From positions 599 through 64,598 of the forward strand of contig JASBRJ010000054.1 in the NCBI GenBank assembly GCA_030149525.1: DNA of 64,000 bases, given 5' to 3'. Below the pieces are notes generated by a model. The model saw only the letters and a list, made by a program, of their open reading frames with translations. It had not been told where the DNA came from and did no database searches. Positions 27,602 through 36,789 of this stretch are shown one piece after another; within the stretch, counting starts at the first letter, position 1, and every line of letters starts with the position of its first letter. The position numbers and the translations under genes are program-made. Origin of the DNA: a bacterium. Lineage in GTDB: Bacteria > Vulcanimicrobiota > Xenobia > Xenobiales > JADMJV01.

Positions 27602-28885
27602 GTGAATTCCCTAGACGAAGAGCAAGAACTGGATCGCCCTCACAACCCTCTGGGCGATTGGCTCCAATCCTTGAGCTCCGCTGGTGAGATGAAGTCGGAG
27701 GGGAGTGGTTTTAGCATTGCCCAGGAGAAGGCCTGGGAAAAGCTTGGCGCCTTTCAGCTTCCCTTCGAGAGCGCCTGGGTCCTCAAAGTCGTGCAAGCCG
27801 CGGTGGTAGGTGGGGCGTTGTCCATTGAAGTTGTGCAGACACGCTCGGAGACTCATTTTACTCTTTCGAGTCTGGCGGGAGTGACCTGGAATTCCGTGCA
27901 AAAGCTCTTATTCGAAGTGGATTCCGCTTCCGAATCTGCATCGAGCCATTTGGCGGTCGCGTTTCGAACACTTGCAAAATCTGTGGGAAATCCGTTCTTT
28001 GTGAACTTTCCCGGCGACTCTGTCGTGGTTTGGGACGGTTCAGCTTTTCAGGCGGCCGATCCAACATCGGATATCTTCGAGATCAAAATTTCCCACTTTC
28101 TCTCCACCGGAGTTTTTAAAGCGATTCGCTTCATGACCGGGATTCAAAAGGCGTTGTGTGACTACTGTCATCTTTGCCCCATACCGCTTAGCATCGATAA
28201 TCGAGCGATCAATTCTCTGGTGGACGATCCCCTCTGTAGGCCTTCTGCGGATTGCTCGCTGCTAGCTTTTCAGACAGCGAAGGTAAGCGACGATCTACCG
28301 AGACTCAAGCTTCCCTCGACCGACTGGAACGCTCTTCACCCGGACGGTGCTAGACCATCCTTAGATTTTGAGTCGGCCTTCAGAGAGAGCGACGAAGAGT
28401 GTGGTGCGGGGATGCTGCTCTGTGGCTTCCGAAAGGTTATTCACGGGGGTGAGCAATACTTTCGGTCCTACCGAAAGTCGAGTGAGTTGATTTGGCTACG
28501 CCACGGTGTGATAGTGGCCAGAGAATCTCTCAATATTGCCCAGTCGGTGGCACTCCTGCTGATAGTCAATGCCGAGTGCCTGGATACCGACCTGACCGGC
28601 TTCGATTTGAGAAAAAACGATCGCAAAATGAGCCGTCGCAACGCGGCTATTGAATCAGCTTTTTCAGCGCTGAAGGAATTGAAGAGTAGGAGCCGGGTCA
28701 AGCTTCAGGGACGCAATAGCTTTATGTCCTTACTCGGCTGGGGCGGCATCGCGTTAACGGTCTTGATTCCTCCCGCAGGCCTCGCTCTTTGGGGGCTCAG
28801 AGCTTCTGCGCTGCGCGAAGACCAGGAGCGGATTGCCAAGGAATTCGACAACGGCCTGAGCCGTGTTTTTGCGAATCTCCGATAG
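27602..28885 (+). CDS. Hypothetical protein, 427 aa, with a C-terminal transmembrane segment
   Basis: Protein-like ORF with a C-terminal hydrophobic stretch (FMSLLGWGGIALTVLIPPAGLALWGL). It immediately precedes the PilT-like pair. Confidence 0.5.
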   Translation: MNSLDEEQELDRPHNPLGDWLQSLSSAGEMKSEGSGFSIAQEKAWEKLGAFQLPFESAWVLKVVQAAVVGGALSIEVVQTRSETHFTLSSLAGVTWNSVQKLLFEVDSASESASSHLAVAFRTLAKSVGNPFFVNFPGDSVVVWDGSAFQAADPTSDIFEIKISHFLSTGVFKAIRFMTGIQKALCDYCHLCPIPLSIDNRAINSLVDDPLCRPSADCSLLAFQTAKVSDDLPRLKLPSTDWNALHPDGARPSLDFESAFRESDEECGAGMLLCGFRKVIHGGEQYFRSYRKSSELIWLRHGVIVARESLNIAQSVALLLIVNAECLDTDLTGFDLRKNDRKMSRRNAAIESAFSALKELKSRSRVKLQGRNSFMSLLGWGGIALTVLIPPAGLALWGLRASALREDQERIAKEFDNGLSRVFANLR

Positions 28886-29052
28886 AGTGCGGAGCGGGTT
28901 TGAGGCAAGAGCGGCGGGCCTTGGAGGGAGCTAGCTCTGTTGGCGAGTGAGGGGCAATTCCACAGCAGGAGAGTCGGCAATTATTGTCCGACGTGTGGGA
29001 GTAGACGTTTCCCAGAGGGTGCCCCTAACAGCCACCGCGAAGAATCTTTCCG

Positions 29053-30123
29053 ATGGCCACTCAATTTACGGAAATCCGCCTGGATTCACTGCTCCTTCAG
29101 GCTCGAGAAATGGGAGCGGAAGACATCCACCTGCAGGCGGGCTCTCCGCCTCTTTTCAGAGTTTTCGGAGACCTCAAGGCGCGCCAGAATAAGAACGTCA
29201 GCATGGAGGCGTTGTACGATCTTTTGGGTCGAATGTTGGAACCGGAACAACTCCCTCTGCTGGAGAAGCAAAGGCGGCTACGCTGGGTACATTGGGCCTC
29301 CGACGATCGGCTGGTGCGGTGCCAGGCTAGCAAATGGCCCAGCGGCTGCACTCTCACTCTGCGCCTCCTCCGAGAGGAACCGCTCCCGCTAGAAGAACTT
29401 GGGTGGGACTCGCACCTGCCCAACCTGCTTGAAGGCTCGGGCCTGATACTTCTGACAGGTCACGCTGGAAGCGGGGTGAGTACGACCCTGGCCTCACTGG
29501 TGAATCTCCTGAATATGACTTCCCGACAACACATTTTGTGCTTGGAGCATGATCTCGAGATAATGCACCCCTACAAGCTCTCTATGATCAACCAGCGCTG
29601 TTTCGATCGCGACTTCGACTGCTGGAAACAGGCGGTTGGTCAGGCCGCCCGCCAAGAGGTAGACACTCTAGTGCTTCACGACGCCCCGTTGAAGGAGGTT
29701 TGGAGCGAGCTTTGTTCTTTTTTAGACGGCGGTGGTCTAGCACTTGTGACCATGAGAGCGTCAAGTGTTTACCGGGCCCTGGAAAGCCTACCCGACTTCT
29801 ATCCGCCCGCAGAGCAACAGTGGGTCCGCCCTCATCTTAGCCGATACCTCGCCGGTGCCACCCATCAGCGCTTGGTGACGGGCAAGCAGGCTCGATACAT
29901 GGCAGGCGCGCTGCTGACCGCCACATTAGGCATCAGAAATCTGTTACTTGAGAACAAGCTTCGGCAGCTCTCTCGCGCCATGGCCTCGAATCCGACCTGC
30001 CGAACTTTGGAGCAAAGCCTTTGCCTGCTGGTGCAAGACGGCACTCTCCGGGCAGAGGAAGCCCTGGCCGTCAGCGACTACCCCGAAGAACTGAAGAGTT
30101 TACTCGCTGGAGGTGCAAGTTGA
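29053..30123 (+). CDS. PilT-like type IV pilus retraction ATPase homologue with a degenerate Walker A (Lys replaced by Val) and degenerate Asp/His boxes
   Basis: PilT N-domain signature DIHLQAGSPPLFRVFGDL is present. The Walker A region reads GHAGSGVSTTLASLVNLLN where canonical PilT has GPTGSGKSTTLAAMLDYLN. EDPIEF is replaced by EHDLEI, GEMRD by HDAPL, and the His box is absent. Confidence 0.7.
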   Translation: MATQFTEIRLDSLLLQAREMGAEDIHLQAGSPPLFRVFGDLKARQNKNVSMEALYDLLGRMLEPEQLPLLEKQRRLRWVHWASDDRLVRCQASKWPSGCTLTLRLLREEPLPLEELGWDSHLPNLLEGSGLILLTGHAGSGVSTTLASLVNLLNMTSRQHILCLEHDLEIMHPYKLSMINQRCFDRDFDCWKQAVGQAARQEVDTLVLHDAPLKEVWSELCSFLDGGGLALVTMRASSVYRALESLPDFYPPAEQQWVRPHLSRYLAGATHQRLVTGKQARYMAGALLTATLGIRNLLLENKLRQLSRAMASNPTCRTLEQSLCLLVQDGTLRAEEALAVSDYPEELKSLLAGGAS

Positions 30124-31187
30124 GGCAAAACTGGAATCTGAGAGAGCTCTTCACATTGGCTTTAGAAGCCGGAGGCACAAGCCTTCATCTCAACAGCGCA
30201 CTCCCGGCGGTGGCCAAGACCAAAGGCGGCTTGGTGCCACTGACCGAGCAATACCTGACTCCAGACGACTGTGAAGACATAGCGGCCACGCTTTCGACCC
30301 AGGCCGTACATCGTCTGAAGCAGGAGAGTTTCTATGGCCTGGAGCCGGGAATTTGTCGATATCGAGCGGAGCTGTATCGCCAACGAGACGTAATCAGCCT
30401 GATTTTTAAGCTGGCCCCCTGGCGACTGCGCCCTCTAGAAGAACTAGGGTTGCCGCCGAACGTTCCCGAGCTTCTACAGGCACGGCGAGGGCTCATACTC
30501 GTATGCGGCCCCCAGGGAGCGGGCAAGAGTTGGACTCTAGCCGCTCTGCTTGACTATATACATCGGCAGCGGTCTGTTCGGAGCCTTGTGCTGGGCGACC
30601 CGTTGGAGTTTGAGCTTGAAGCCCGACTTGGCATGACAACCACTCAGTCGGTGAAGCAGGGTCACTGGGAGGAGGCCTTAGACCAGATAGAATTCTCCGA
30701 CGTGGACGTGGTAGCGCTCGACGATTTTCCAGTTCGCAGAACCCTTGAAAGAGCACTTGAGTTGGCCGAGGCCGGCATCCTGGTTCTGGCCACTGTTCGC
30801 AACGCCCTCGACGTTAGCAGCAGTCTCTTTGAGCTGTGGACCAAACACCCGGCCTGGCTTCATCACAGCCTGAGAGAACGAGTCAGCCAAGCCCTCCAGG
30901 CAATAATTTTTCAGAAGTTAGTAGCGGGCATGACAGACCAGGAAAAATTCCCGGCAACCGAGATTATGTTGGCGAGTCCCCCGATGCGCCACCTCATCCA
31001 AGAAGAGCGATTCATTCAGTTCTACAACTCTATCCAAACTGGTCTGAACTCCGGGATGCACACTCTTGAGCAATCCCTGTTCGAGTTATTCCGTTCCGGA
31101 TGTATCGACGAGAAAACGGCCCTCTCCGAAACCCGTTACCCGGACGACGTGAGACGAAGCATCGGGACGTGGCGGAGTCGAGATTGA
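30120..31187 (+). CDS. Second PilT-like ATPase homologue, with Walker A intact and the Walker B Glu and His box degenerate
   Basis: Probable TTG start overlapping the upstream stop (TTGA). GLILVCGPQGAGKSWTLAALLDYIH is the Walker A. DVDVVALDDFPV replaces DPDVILVGEMRD, and ATVRN replaces GTLHT. Confidence 0.65.
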   Translation: MRQNWNLRELFTLALEAGGTSLHLNSALPAVAKTKGGLVPLTEQYLTPDDCEDIAATLSTQAVHRLKQESFYGLEPGICRYRAELYRQRDVISLIFKLAPWRLRPLEELGLPPNVPELLQARRGLILVCGPQGAGKSWTLAALLDYIHRQRSVRSLVLGDPLEFELEARLGMTTTQSVKQGHWEEALDQIEFSDVDVVALDDFPVRRTLERALELAEAGILVLATVRNALDVSSSLFELWTKHPAWLHHSLRERVSQALQAIIFQKLVAGMTDQEKFPATEIMLASPPMRHLIQEERFIQFYNSIQTGLNSGMHTLEQSLFELFRSGCIDEKTALSETRYPDDVRRSIGTWRSRD

Positions 31188-31200
31188 CGCTCCTAAAAGT

Positions 31201-31674
31201 CTAGCAACCCGCCTCCCTACGACGGTCTGCCGGTCTGAGCCTTGCCAACTCCCTGGCCGAGGCGGTGCTGAGATATTGCGGGTCGGGAGTTTTGCCGACC
31301 CTGTCGAGATCGAGGCGGTCCGAATCCCAGCAGGTGCCGACGGTCGGGTCTTCCGTCAGACGGCCCTTTTCATGATCTCGGCAGGCCAGGGCTAAGAGCT
31401 CTAATCGATGTGGCTCCAGCTGAAAGTAGTCTCCACAGAGCGTGCGGGCTATCAGTTCTGCACGCTCTCCGTGGAGTGGGTCGTGACCGTCGGATTCTCT
31501 CTGACTGTCGTGAAGCCAGGCAAAAAGCCGTACAATTATAATATCGGCCCCGTTGATTGGGGCCAAATACATTCCGTACCTTTCGACTCGACGCCAATGG
31601 TCTTGATCATGCGCACTGAAGTTGCCCAACTTGAAACCTGATATCAGATGACGCTGGAGTCTTTCCCAATCCAT
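31201..31674 (-). CDS. HD-domain-like phosphohydrolase family protein
   Basis: Motifs HDQDHWRRV and LFAWLHD (His...His-Asp) are typical of small HD-domain proteins. Confidence 0.5.
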   Translation of the reverse strand: MDWERLQRHLISGFKLGNFSAHDQDHWRRVERYGMYLAPINGADIIIVRLFAWLHDSQRESDGHDPLHGERAELIARTLCGDYFQLEPHRLELLALACRDHEKGRLTEDPTVGTCWDSDRLDLDRVGKTPDPQYLSTASARELARLRPADRRREAGC

Positions 31675-31932
31675 TTTTTGCGGCTTCGTCAGGAGCGGGA
31701 ACTTTCCCGGAATGGCGACTGCCGGGCCTTGAACGCTGCCGAATCAAATTTAATATTGAACCAAAGTTGCCAAAAAACTCAACACAGGCTAATGTCTGGA
31801 AGTCGTCACGGTTCCCGATACCGTTGACCACAGACAGATTAGTTCAGATCCTTCTCAGATTGGTTTTCTGCTATCTCTCTCAGTGGCCGATCTTCGCATC
31901 CCGGACGTTATAAAATTAGGAGGATCATTATT

Positions 31933-32199
31933 ATGAATCTTTATGTTGGAAATCTATCTTACGACTTGACCGAAAAAGACCTGAGCAACGCTTTTGGAGA
32001 CTACGGTATCGTTACTTCTGCCCGCATCATCACCGATCGTGAAACCGGTAAGAACCGTGGCTTCGCTTTCGTTGAAATGGAAGAAAAAAGCGCCGGCCTC
32101 AACGCTATTGAAGGCTTGAACCAAAAAGAACTCTTCGGTCGCCGACTGATCGTGAACGAAGCCAAGCCTAAAGCTAGCCGTGAGCGCGCTCGCTGGTAA
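31933..32199 (+). CDS. RRM-type RNA-binding protein
   Basis: RNP2 motif LYVGNL and RNP1 motif RGFAFVEM. An AGGAGGA Shine-Dalgarno sits 8 nt upstream. Confidence 0.9.
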   Translation: MNLYVGNLSYDLTEKDLSNAFGDYGIVTSARIITDRETGKNRGFAFVEMEEKSAGLNAIEGLNQKELFGRRLIVNEAKPKASRERARW

Positions 32200-32224
32200 G
32201 CGGTTGTAGGATTTGCTACGAAAA

Positions 32225-32253
32225 AGGCCACCTTCCGGGGTGGCCTTTTTTAT
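32225..32253. terminator. Bidirectional rho-independent terminator
   Basis: AAAAAGGCCACCTTCCGGGGTGGCCTTTTTTATTT sits between convergent genes. Confidence 0.75.
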
Positions 32254-32271
32254 TTGATTCCAGACCTTGTT

Positions 32272-32748
32272 CTAGATGACCGTGATGGTTGTTTTCAAGG
32301 GAACTTCGTCACGTCTCCACTCGCGTCCGTAGAACTGCTCCCGAGGGTCTTCTTCACGAACGAGTTCGCTGGTGTGACCGGACACCGTCTTGGTCACGCT
32401 TTCGCCGTCGAACCGGTAGGTGTGGATCAGTAAATCCCTGTCCGAGAACGTTTCTTGCTGCGCCTTCAGGACAAATCCGTCCTTGTTGGTTTGCAAGTCG
32501 ACTGAGTCGACTCCCAACTTTTCGAGCTCCGGGGGTTTGGGACGAGAGGTTGCTCCTGAGAGATAAACGGTGTTGGTACGACCGTCTCCGTCGAAAGCGG
32601 TATTGTTGTACTTTTCCGCTATCAGGACAAGGTCTTCGAACCTCTGTCGTTCAGCGGCCTTCTTCTCTTGAGCCGGAGTAGATTTAGGAAGTCGCTTCAT
32701 CTCCGACTTTGTTCGGAACATGGTGTTGAGTCTTTTGTTTGTGAGCAT
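32272..32748 (-). CDS. Hypothetical protein, 158 aa
   Basis: Protein-like ORF, convergent with the RRM gene. No family recognised. Confidence 0.4.
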   Translation of the reverse strand: MLTNKRLNTMFRTKSEMKRLPKSTPAQEKKAAERQRFEDLVLIAEKYNNTAFDGDGRTNTVYLSGATSRPKPPELEKLGVDSVDLQTNKDGFVLKAQQETFSDRDLLIHTYRFDGESVTKTVSGHTSELVREEDPREQFYGREWRRDEVPLKTTITVI

Positions 32749-32913
32749 AGTGTTTCTTTCTAGTGAGTGAGACTACACTAACAAGCTCTCCTTAAAAAAT
32801 CCGAAAAACGGGCCGTGGGGCGTTCGGCCATCGGCCAGGCTGCAAAGGACTCCCCTGGCGCCTTATGCATAGGGGAGTCCTGGCTCCGGCAGGCCGCTAA
32901 ACCGGTCGACCCG

Positions 32914-34374
32914 TTAGGCGATACTTTTCAAAGTCTCCCTACTCGAACTCAACCATCTCCTAGCTATCTCCACATCCTGCCGAGTCAGGTTGTGTCCGGT
33001 AGGAACCTGACGAACCTCTACCTCGGCTCCCCGTTCACGGAAAACCTCAGCCAGCTTCTCACCCGCTTCAGGCGAGACAATCCGGTCGTCGCGGCCGATC
33101 AGCAGCAGAATCTGCTTGCCGGAGAGGTCGGCCGGCCCCGGTTCCCATCCCAACATCGGGCGAAAAAGAATCGCCTTATCGAAGCTGTCGGCCTCCTCAA
33201 GCAGGGTAGCAGCCGCCATGTTGGCACCGTTGGAGTAGCCCACAGCCACTCGCGGACCGGGATGTCTTTCCAAGAACTTGGCCAACTCAGTGGCTCGTTG
33301 TCGGAGGTCGTCCTCATCAAACACTCCAGCTTGAAGTCGCCTGAAGAAGCGGCGGGCTCCGCGCTCTTTCACATTACCGCGCAAACTCAACACCGGTTTG
33401 CCGGGTGCAACCTCAGCCACCAGGCTGAGGAGATCATACTCGTCGCCTCCGGTTCCGTGAAGAGCCACCACTAAGTCGCCCTGACCGGAAGTCTCGGCAA
33501 ACTTGTACGGTTCTTCCAGCGGGTCCAAAACCGCCTCGATCCCTTCTCGATGGGGTTCGTACTGGGGTGGAAGCACAAGCTTTTCTCCCAACTCCTCCAC
33601 ACTTTCGTCGATCATCATACCCGGCGGATCGGTGGCGAGTTCGAACAGAACTCCCCCTGGTCCACGAAAGTAGATGGAGTGAAAGTAGTTGCGGTCCATC
33701 ACCGGGCTCACCTGATAACCGGCCTTAATGAGCTTATTGCGCCAGTGGGCCTGAGCTTCATCGTCGGCGACTCGCAGTGCGATATGATGAACGGTTCCTG
33801 CTCCTCCCCTGGTTGAAGGCTCGTCAGACTGTTCAAGATCCAGGTAATCTCCCGATCCTTTCAGGCGATAGCGCGCTCTGGCGTTCTCCCGGCCTTCTTC
33901 TTCAAAGCCCATAAGTTTCAGCAGTTCGGCTGTCGGAGCAGTGCTCTTCAGTTTGAGAGTCGCTCCTCCAATGGGGCCTAGCGTCGGTGGCGCGGACTTG
34001 CTCTCATACAGTTCCAAAGTCATGCCGTGAGGGTCTTCAAATATCACGTACTCTTGGCCGAAGCGAACTTCACTGCGATAGGGAACGCCGAGTCTCTGCT
34101 TCCACACCTCTAAGTTCTCTACCGGATAGCTGCTAGCTACAACCTGTCCTGTCCCCTTGTCGCCCGGTGCCCCACCGTAGGGGAAGAACGTCATCAAGGT
34201 GCCCGGCGAACCGGTTTCGTCCCCGTAGTAGAGATGATAGACGCCAGGGTCGTCGAAGTTTACCGTGCGCTTGACCAGGCGAAGGCCCAGGGTCTCGGTG
34301 TAAAATTTGAAATTTTCGTGAGCCGGACCGCTGATGGCGGTGACGTGGTGAATTCCCAAAATGCTTTTATTCAT
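32914..34374 (-). CDS. Fusion protein: N-terminal VOC-family ring-cleaving dioxygenase (two glyoxalase-like modules) joined to a C-terminal alpha/beta-hydrolase esterase
   Basis: Two VOC modules are visible (ILGIHHVTAISGPAHENFKFY and GTVHHIALRVADDE). The C-terminal part has the phospholipase/carboxylesterase-like motif GYSNGANMAA and ends with ...PTGHNL. Confidence 0.7.
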   Translation of the reverse strand: MNKSILGIHHVTAISGPAHENFKFYTETLGLRLVKRTVNFDDPGVYHLYYGDETGSPGTLMTFFPYGGAPGDKGTGQVVASSYPVENLEVWKQRLGVPYRSEVRFGQEYVIFEDPHGMTLELYESKSAPPTLGPIGGATLKLKSTAPTAELLKLMGFEEEGRENARARYRLKGSGDYLDLEQSDEPSTRGGAGTVHHIALRVADDEAQAHWRNKLIKAGYQVSPVMDRNYFHSIYFRGPGGVLFELATDPPGMMIDESVEELGEKLVLPPQYEPHREGIEAVLDPLEEPYKFAETSGQGDLVVALHGTGGDEYDLLSLVAEVAPGKPVLSLRGNVKERGARRFFRRLQAGVFDEDDLRQRATELAKFLERHPGPRVAVGYSNGANMAAATLLEEADSFDKAILFRPMLGWEPGPADLSGKQILLLIGRDDRIVSPEAGEKLAEVFRERGAEVEVRQVPTGHNLTRQDVEIARRWLSSSRETLKSIA

Positions 34375-34504
34375 ACGTTTGCTCCTCTCGATGCGAGCGT
34401 TTCCCGCCCACTCCTAAATCTTAACACTGTTGCCTCATTTTTAGTAGACAGCAAAATCGATACACTTTGTTTCCACTCCAACAACAAAAGCCATGAAAGG
34501 TTGA

Positions 34505-35275
34505 ATGCTCAAAGCGCGGAAATCTAACCGCATGTGGAACCCACTGGTCCTTTTGAGGCGTCACCCGTTCGAAGTGAAGGCGTTCTTCGACTACTCCCTG
34601 GTTCTCACTTACGCCCTCCCGGCAGATTTTCTCCAGGGCCTGTTGCCTTCCAGGCTGGAGGTTGATCGCTGTGGTGAGCTGGGATTTTTGGCTATCGCAC
34701 TGGTCAAGACGCGCCACCTGAGGCCTGCCCCACTACCGAAATTTCTAGGACAGAGCTTCTTCCTCTCCGGCTATCGGATCTTCTGTCGTTTTCCCGTGGA
34801 AGGAAGACGTTACCGCGGTCTCAAGATTCTGCGCTCCGACACCGACCGCTGGACCATGGTGCTGCTGGGCAACCTCATGACCCACTACTCCTATCGCAAA
34901 GTGAGCATTGAGGAGCATCGCGCCAACTCCAACCTCAAACTTCAGGTCAAGAGCCAAGACGGACAAACGGACCTCACGGTGAGGGTGGCGCTTGACCAGG
35001 CGGAACTGCCTCCCGATACTCCTTTTGCCGACTGGCGAGAGGCCAGAAAGTGGTGCGGGCCGCTGCCCTTCACCTTCAGCCCGGAAAAGGAAACTGGAAA
35101 GATGGTTGTGGTCGAGGGCGTGCGCTCGGAGTGGCAGCCTCAACCGGTGAAGGCTACCGTCGACCGGATAAGCTTTTTTGATCAAGCGGTGTTTCGCGGA
35201 ATAACGCCTGTCTTGGCCAACGCCTTTTACACCGAGCGAATCCCCTACAGTTGGAAGGCCGGTGTGTTGAAATGA
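34505..35275 (+). CDS. DUF2071-family protein
   Basis: Pattern FDYSLVLTYALPADFLQGLLPSRLEVD...YRGLKILRSDTD resembles DUF2071 (YqjF-like). Confidence 0.45.
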   Translation: MLKARKSNRMWNPLVLLRRHPFEVKAFFDYSLVLTYALPADFLQGLLPSRLEVDRCGELGFLAIALVKTRHLRPAPLPKFLGQSFFLSGYRIFCRFPVEGRRYRGLKILRSDTDRWTMVLLGNLMTHYSYRKVSIEEHRANSNLKLQVKSQDGQTDLTVRVALDQAELPPDTPFADWREARKWCGPLPFTFSPEKETGKMVVVEGVRSEWQPQPVKATVDRISFFDQAVFRGITPVLANAFYTERIPYSWKAGVLK

Positions 35276-36015
35276 GACGGAGCCGATTCCAAGGCCTCTT
35301 GAATGTGGTGAGGTTCAACTACGACATGTATCTGAAAGCCGGCCTGGTTCTGGTGCTTGCCTACCTCATCCCCTGGCCCCGGCCTCTGCTCCCTCTGGTG
35401 GGGCTTGGCTGTGTAGGCGCCACCTATTTTTTGCTCGCTTCCTTGCTGGTCTCCCACTACATCTACGACCTTTCCGATCTTTATGGGTGGGGTTGGCTTG
35501 AAAAGCGGTTTCCTCGTCCTGACAGGCTGGTCAATATTCACTCAGGTTTCGACGAAACGACGGAGCAACTGAAACAAGTCTTTCCCCATTGCGAGATCGA
35601 GACCCTGGACTTTTACGACCCGGAATTGATGACTGAGCCGTCCATTGAAAGGGCGCGGGCCACCTACCCCGCCAAGTTCGGGAGGTCTGTGAAATCGCAT
35701 GAGTTACCCCTCGCCGACGGGGCCGAGCCGCTCATCTGCTGCCTGCTGGCGGCCCACGAGTTACGCTCCCATACCGACAAGGTCGCTTTCCTTGGAGAAG
35801 TCGCACGAAGCCTCCACCCGGAGGGGCATTTCGTGATGATCGAACACATGCGGGATCCGGCCAACTTCCTGGCATTCGGGCCCGGTTTCGTGCATTTTTT
35901 CTCCCGCAGCACCTGGCTCCGAGCTCTTTCGGATGCCGGACTGTCGGTGCGAGAAGAGTTTGCCCTGACCCCGTTCTTGAGAGGATTTGTGTGCCGTGCT
36001 ACTTCTCAATCTTAA
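35251..36015 (+). CDS. Membrane-anchored SAM-methyltransferase-like protein
   Basis: Two N-terminal TM helices followed by a Rossmann-like region (LVNIHSGFDETTEQL...). The methyltransferase assignment is tentative. Confidence 0.45.
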   Translation: MEGRCVEMRRSRFQGLLNVVRFNYDMYLKAGLVLVLAYLIPWPRPLLPLVGLGCVGATYFLLASLLVSHYIYDLSDLYGWGWLEKRFPRPDRLVNIHSGFDETTEQLKQVFPHCEIETLDFYDPELMTEPSIERARATYPAKFGRSVKSHELPLADGAEPLICCLLAAHELRSHTDKVAFLGEVARSLHPEGHFVMIEHMRDPANFLAFGPGFVHFFSRSTWLRALSDAGLSVREEFALTPFLRGFVCRATSQS

Positions 36016-36403
36016 AATCGCGGGCTACCTGATGTTCTGCCTGAGTGCTCTGCATCTGGTCTTCCCCAAGCGCTTCCGATGGAAAGAAGATCTCGCCAAA
36101 CTCCAAGATCTCAACCGTCAGATCTTCTGGGTTCACTGCTTCTTTATCTGCCTCATTTTGTTGCTTATGGGTGCCTTGTGCAGCTTCTTCGGCGCAGCCC
36201 TGTTGACAGGTGGCGAGTTGAGGCCCGTGGTGGCCGGAGGGTGTGCGCTCTTCTGGTTTATGAGACTGTTAGCCCAGCTCTTTGTCTACGACTCAGCCCT
36301 GTGGCAAGGCAAGCCCCTGGAAACGTTCGTGCATATCGTCTTCACCGGGCTTTGGAGCTACTTCACTGCGGTTTTCACCTGGGTGGTCGTCACCTCTCCA
36401 TGA
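35987..36403 (+). CDS. Small integral membrane protein
   Basis: Four predicted TM helices. ATGA overlap with the following gene. The start is uncertain. Confidence 0.35.
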   Translation: MCAVLLLNLKIAGYLMFCLSALHLVFPKRFRWKEDLAKLQDLNRQIFWVHCFFICLILLLMGALCSFFGAALLTGGELRPVVAGGCALFWFMRLLAQLFVYDSALWQGKPLETFVHIVFTGLWSYFTAVFTWVVVTSP

Positions 36404-36789
36404 GACCGCTCGAACTCCTGGCAATCCGGGTCATTCTGGCCGCCGTCTGGTTCTACAACGGCCTTTATCTCAAGCTCATCCTGGTCGATCCCGAACATCT
36501 CAAAGTGGTGGAAGCCGTCGGTCAATTAGGGCCTCTGACTCCGGCCCGCTTTCTCTTTTTGATAGGGCTCGGAGAAACGCTTTTAGGGCTGTGGATACTG
36601 AGCGGATTCCTCTATCGCTATTCCTGTGGCCTGCAGTTTGTTCTCATCGTGCTCATGAACTGTATCGGCATCCTTTCCGGCGGAGTGGCAAACCCACCGG
36701 GTCTTGTCATCACCAACCTCCCCCTGTTGGCCGCTATCTGGACCTCCGCTCGCTTAGGGCCGGGAGAATGGACACGTTCCAAACCGTGA
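36400..36789 (+). CDS. DoxX-family membrane protein
   Basis: AIRVILAAVWFYNGLYLKLI... is typical of DoxX. The start is placed at an internal Met overlapping the upstream stop. Confidence 0.5.
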   Translation: MRPLELLAIRVILAAVWFYNGLYLKLILVDPEHLKVVEAVGQLGPLTPARFLFLIGLGETLLGLWILSGFLYRYSCGLQFVLIVLMNCIGILSGGVANPPGLVITNLPLLAAIWTSARLGPGEWTRSKP

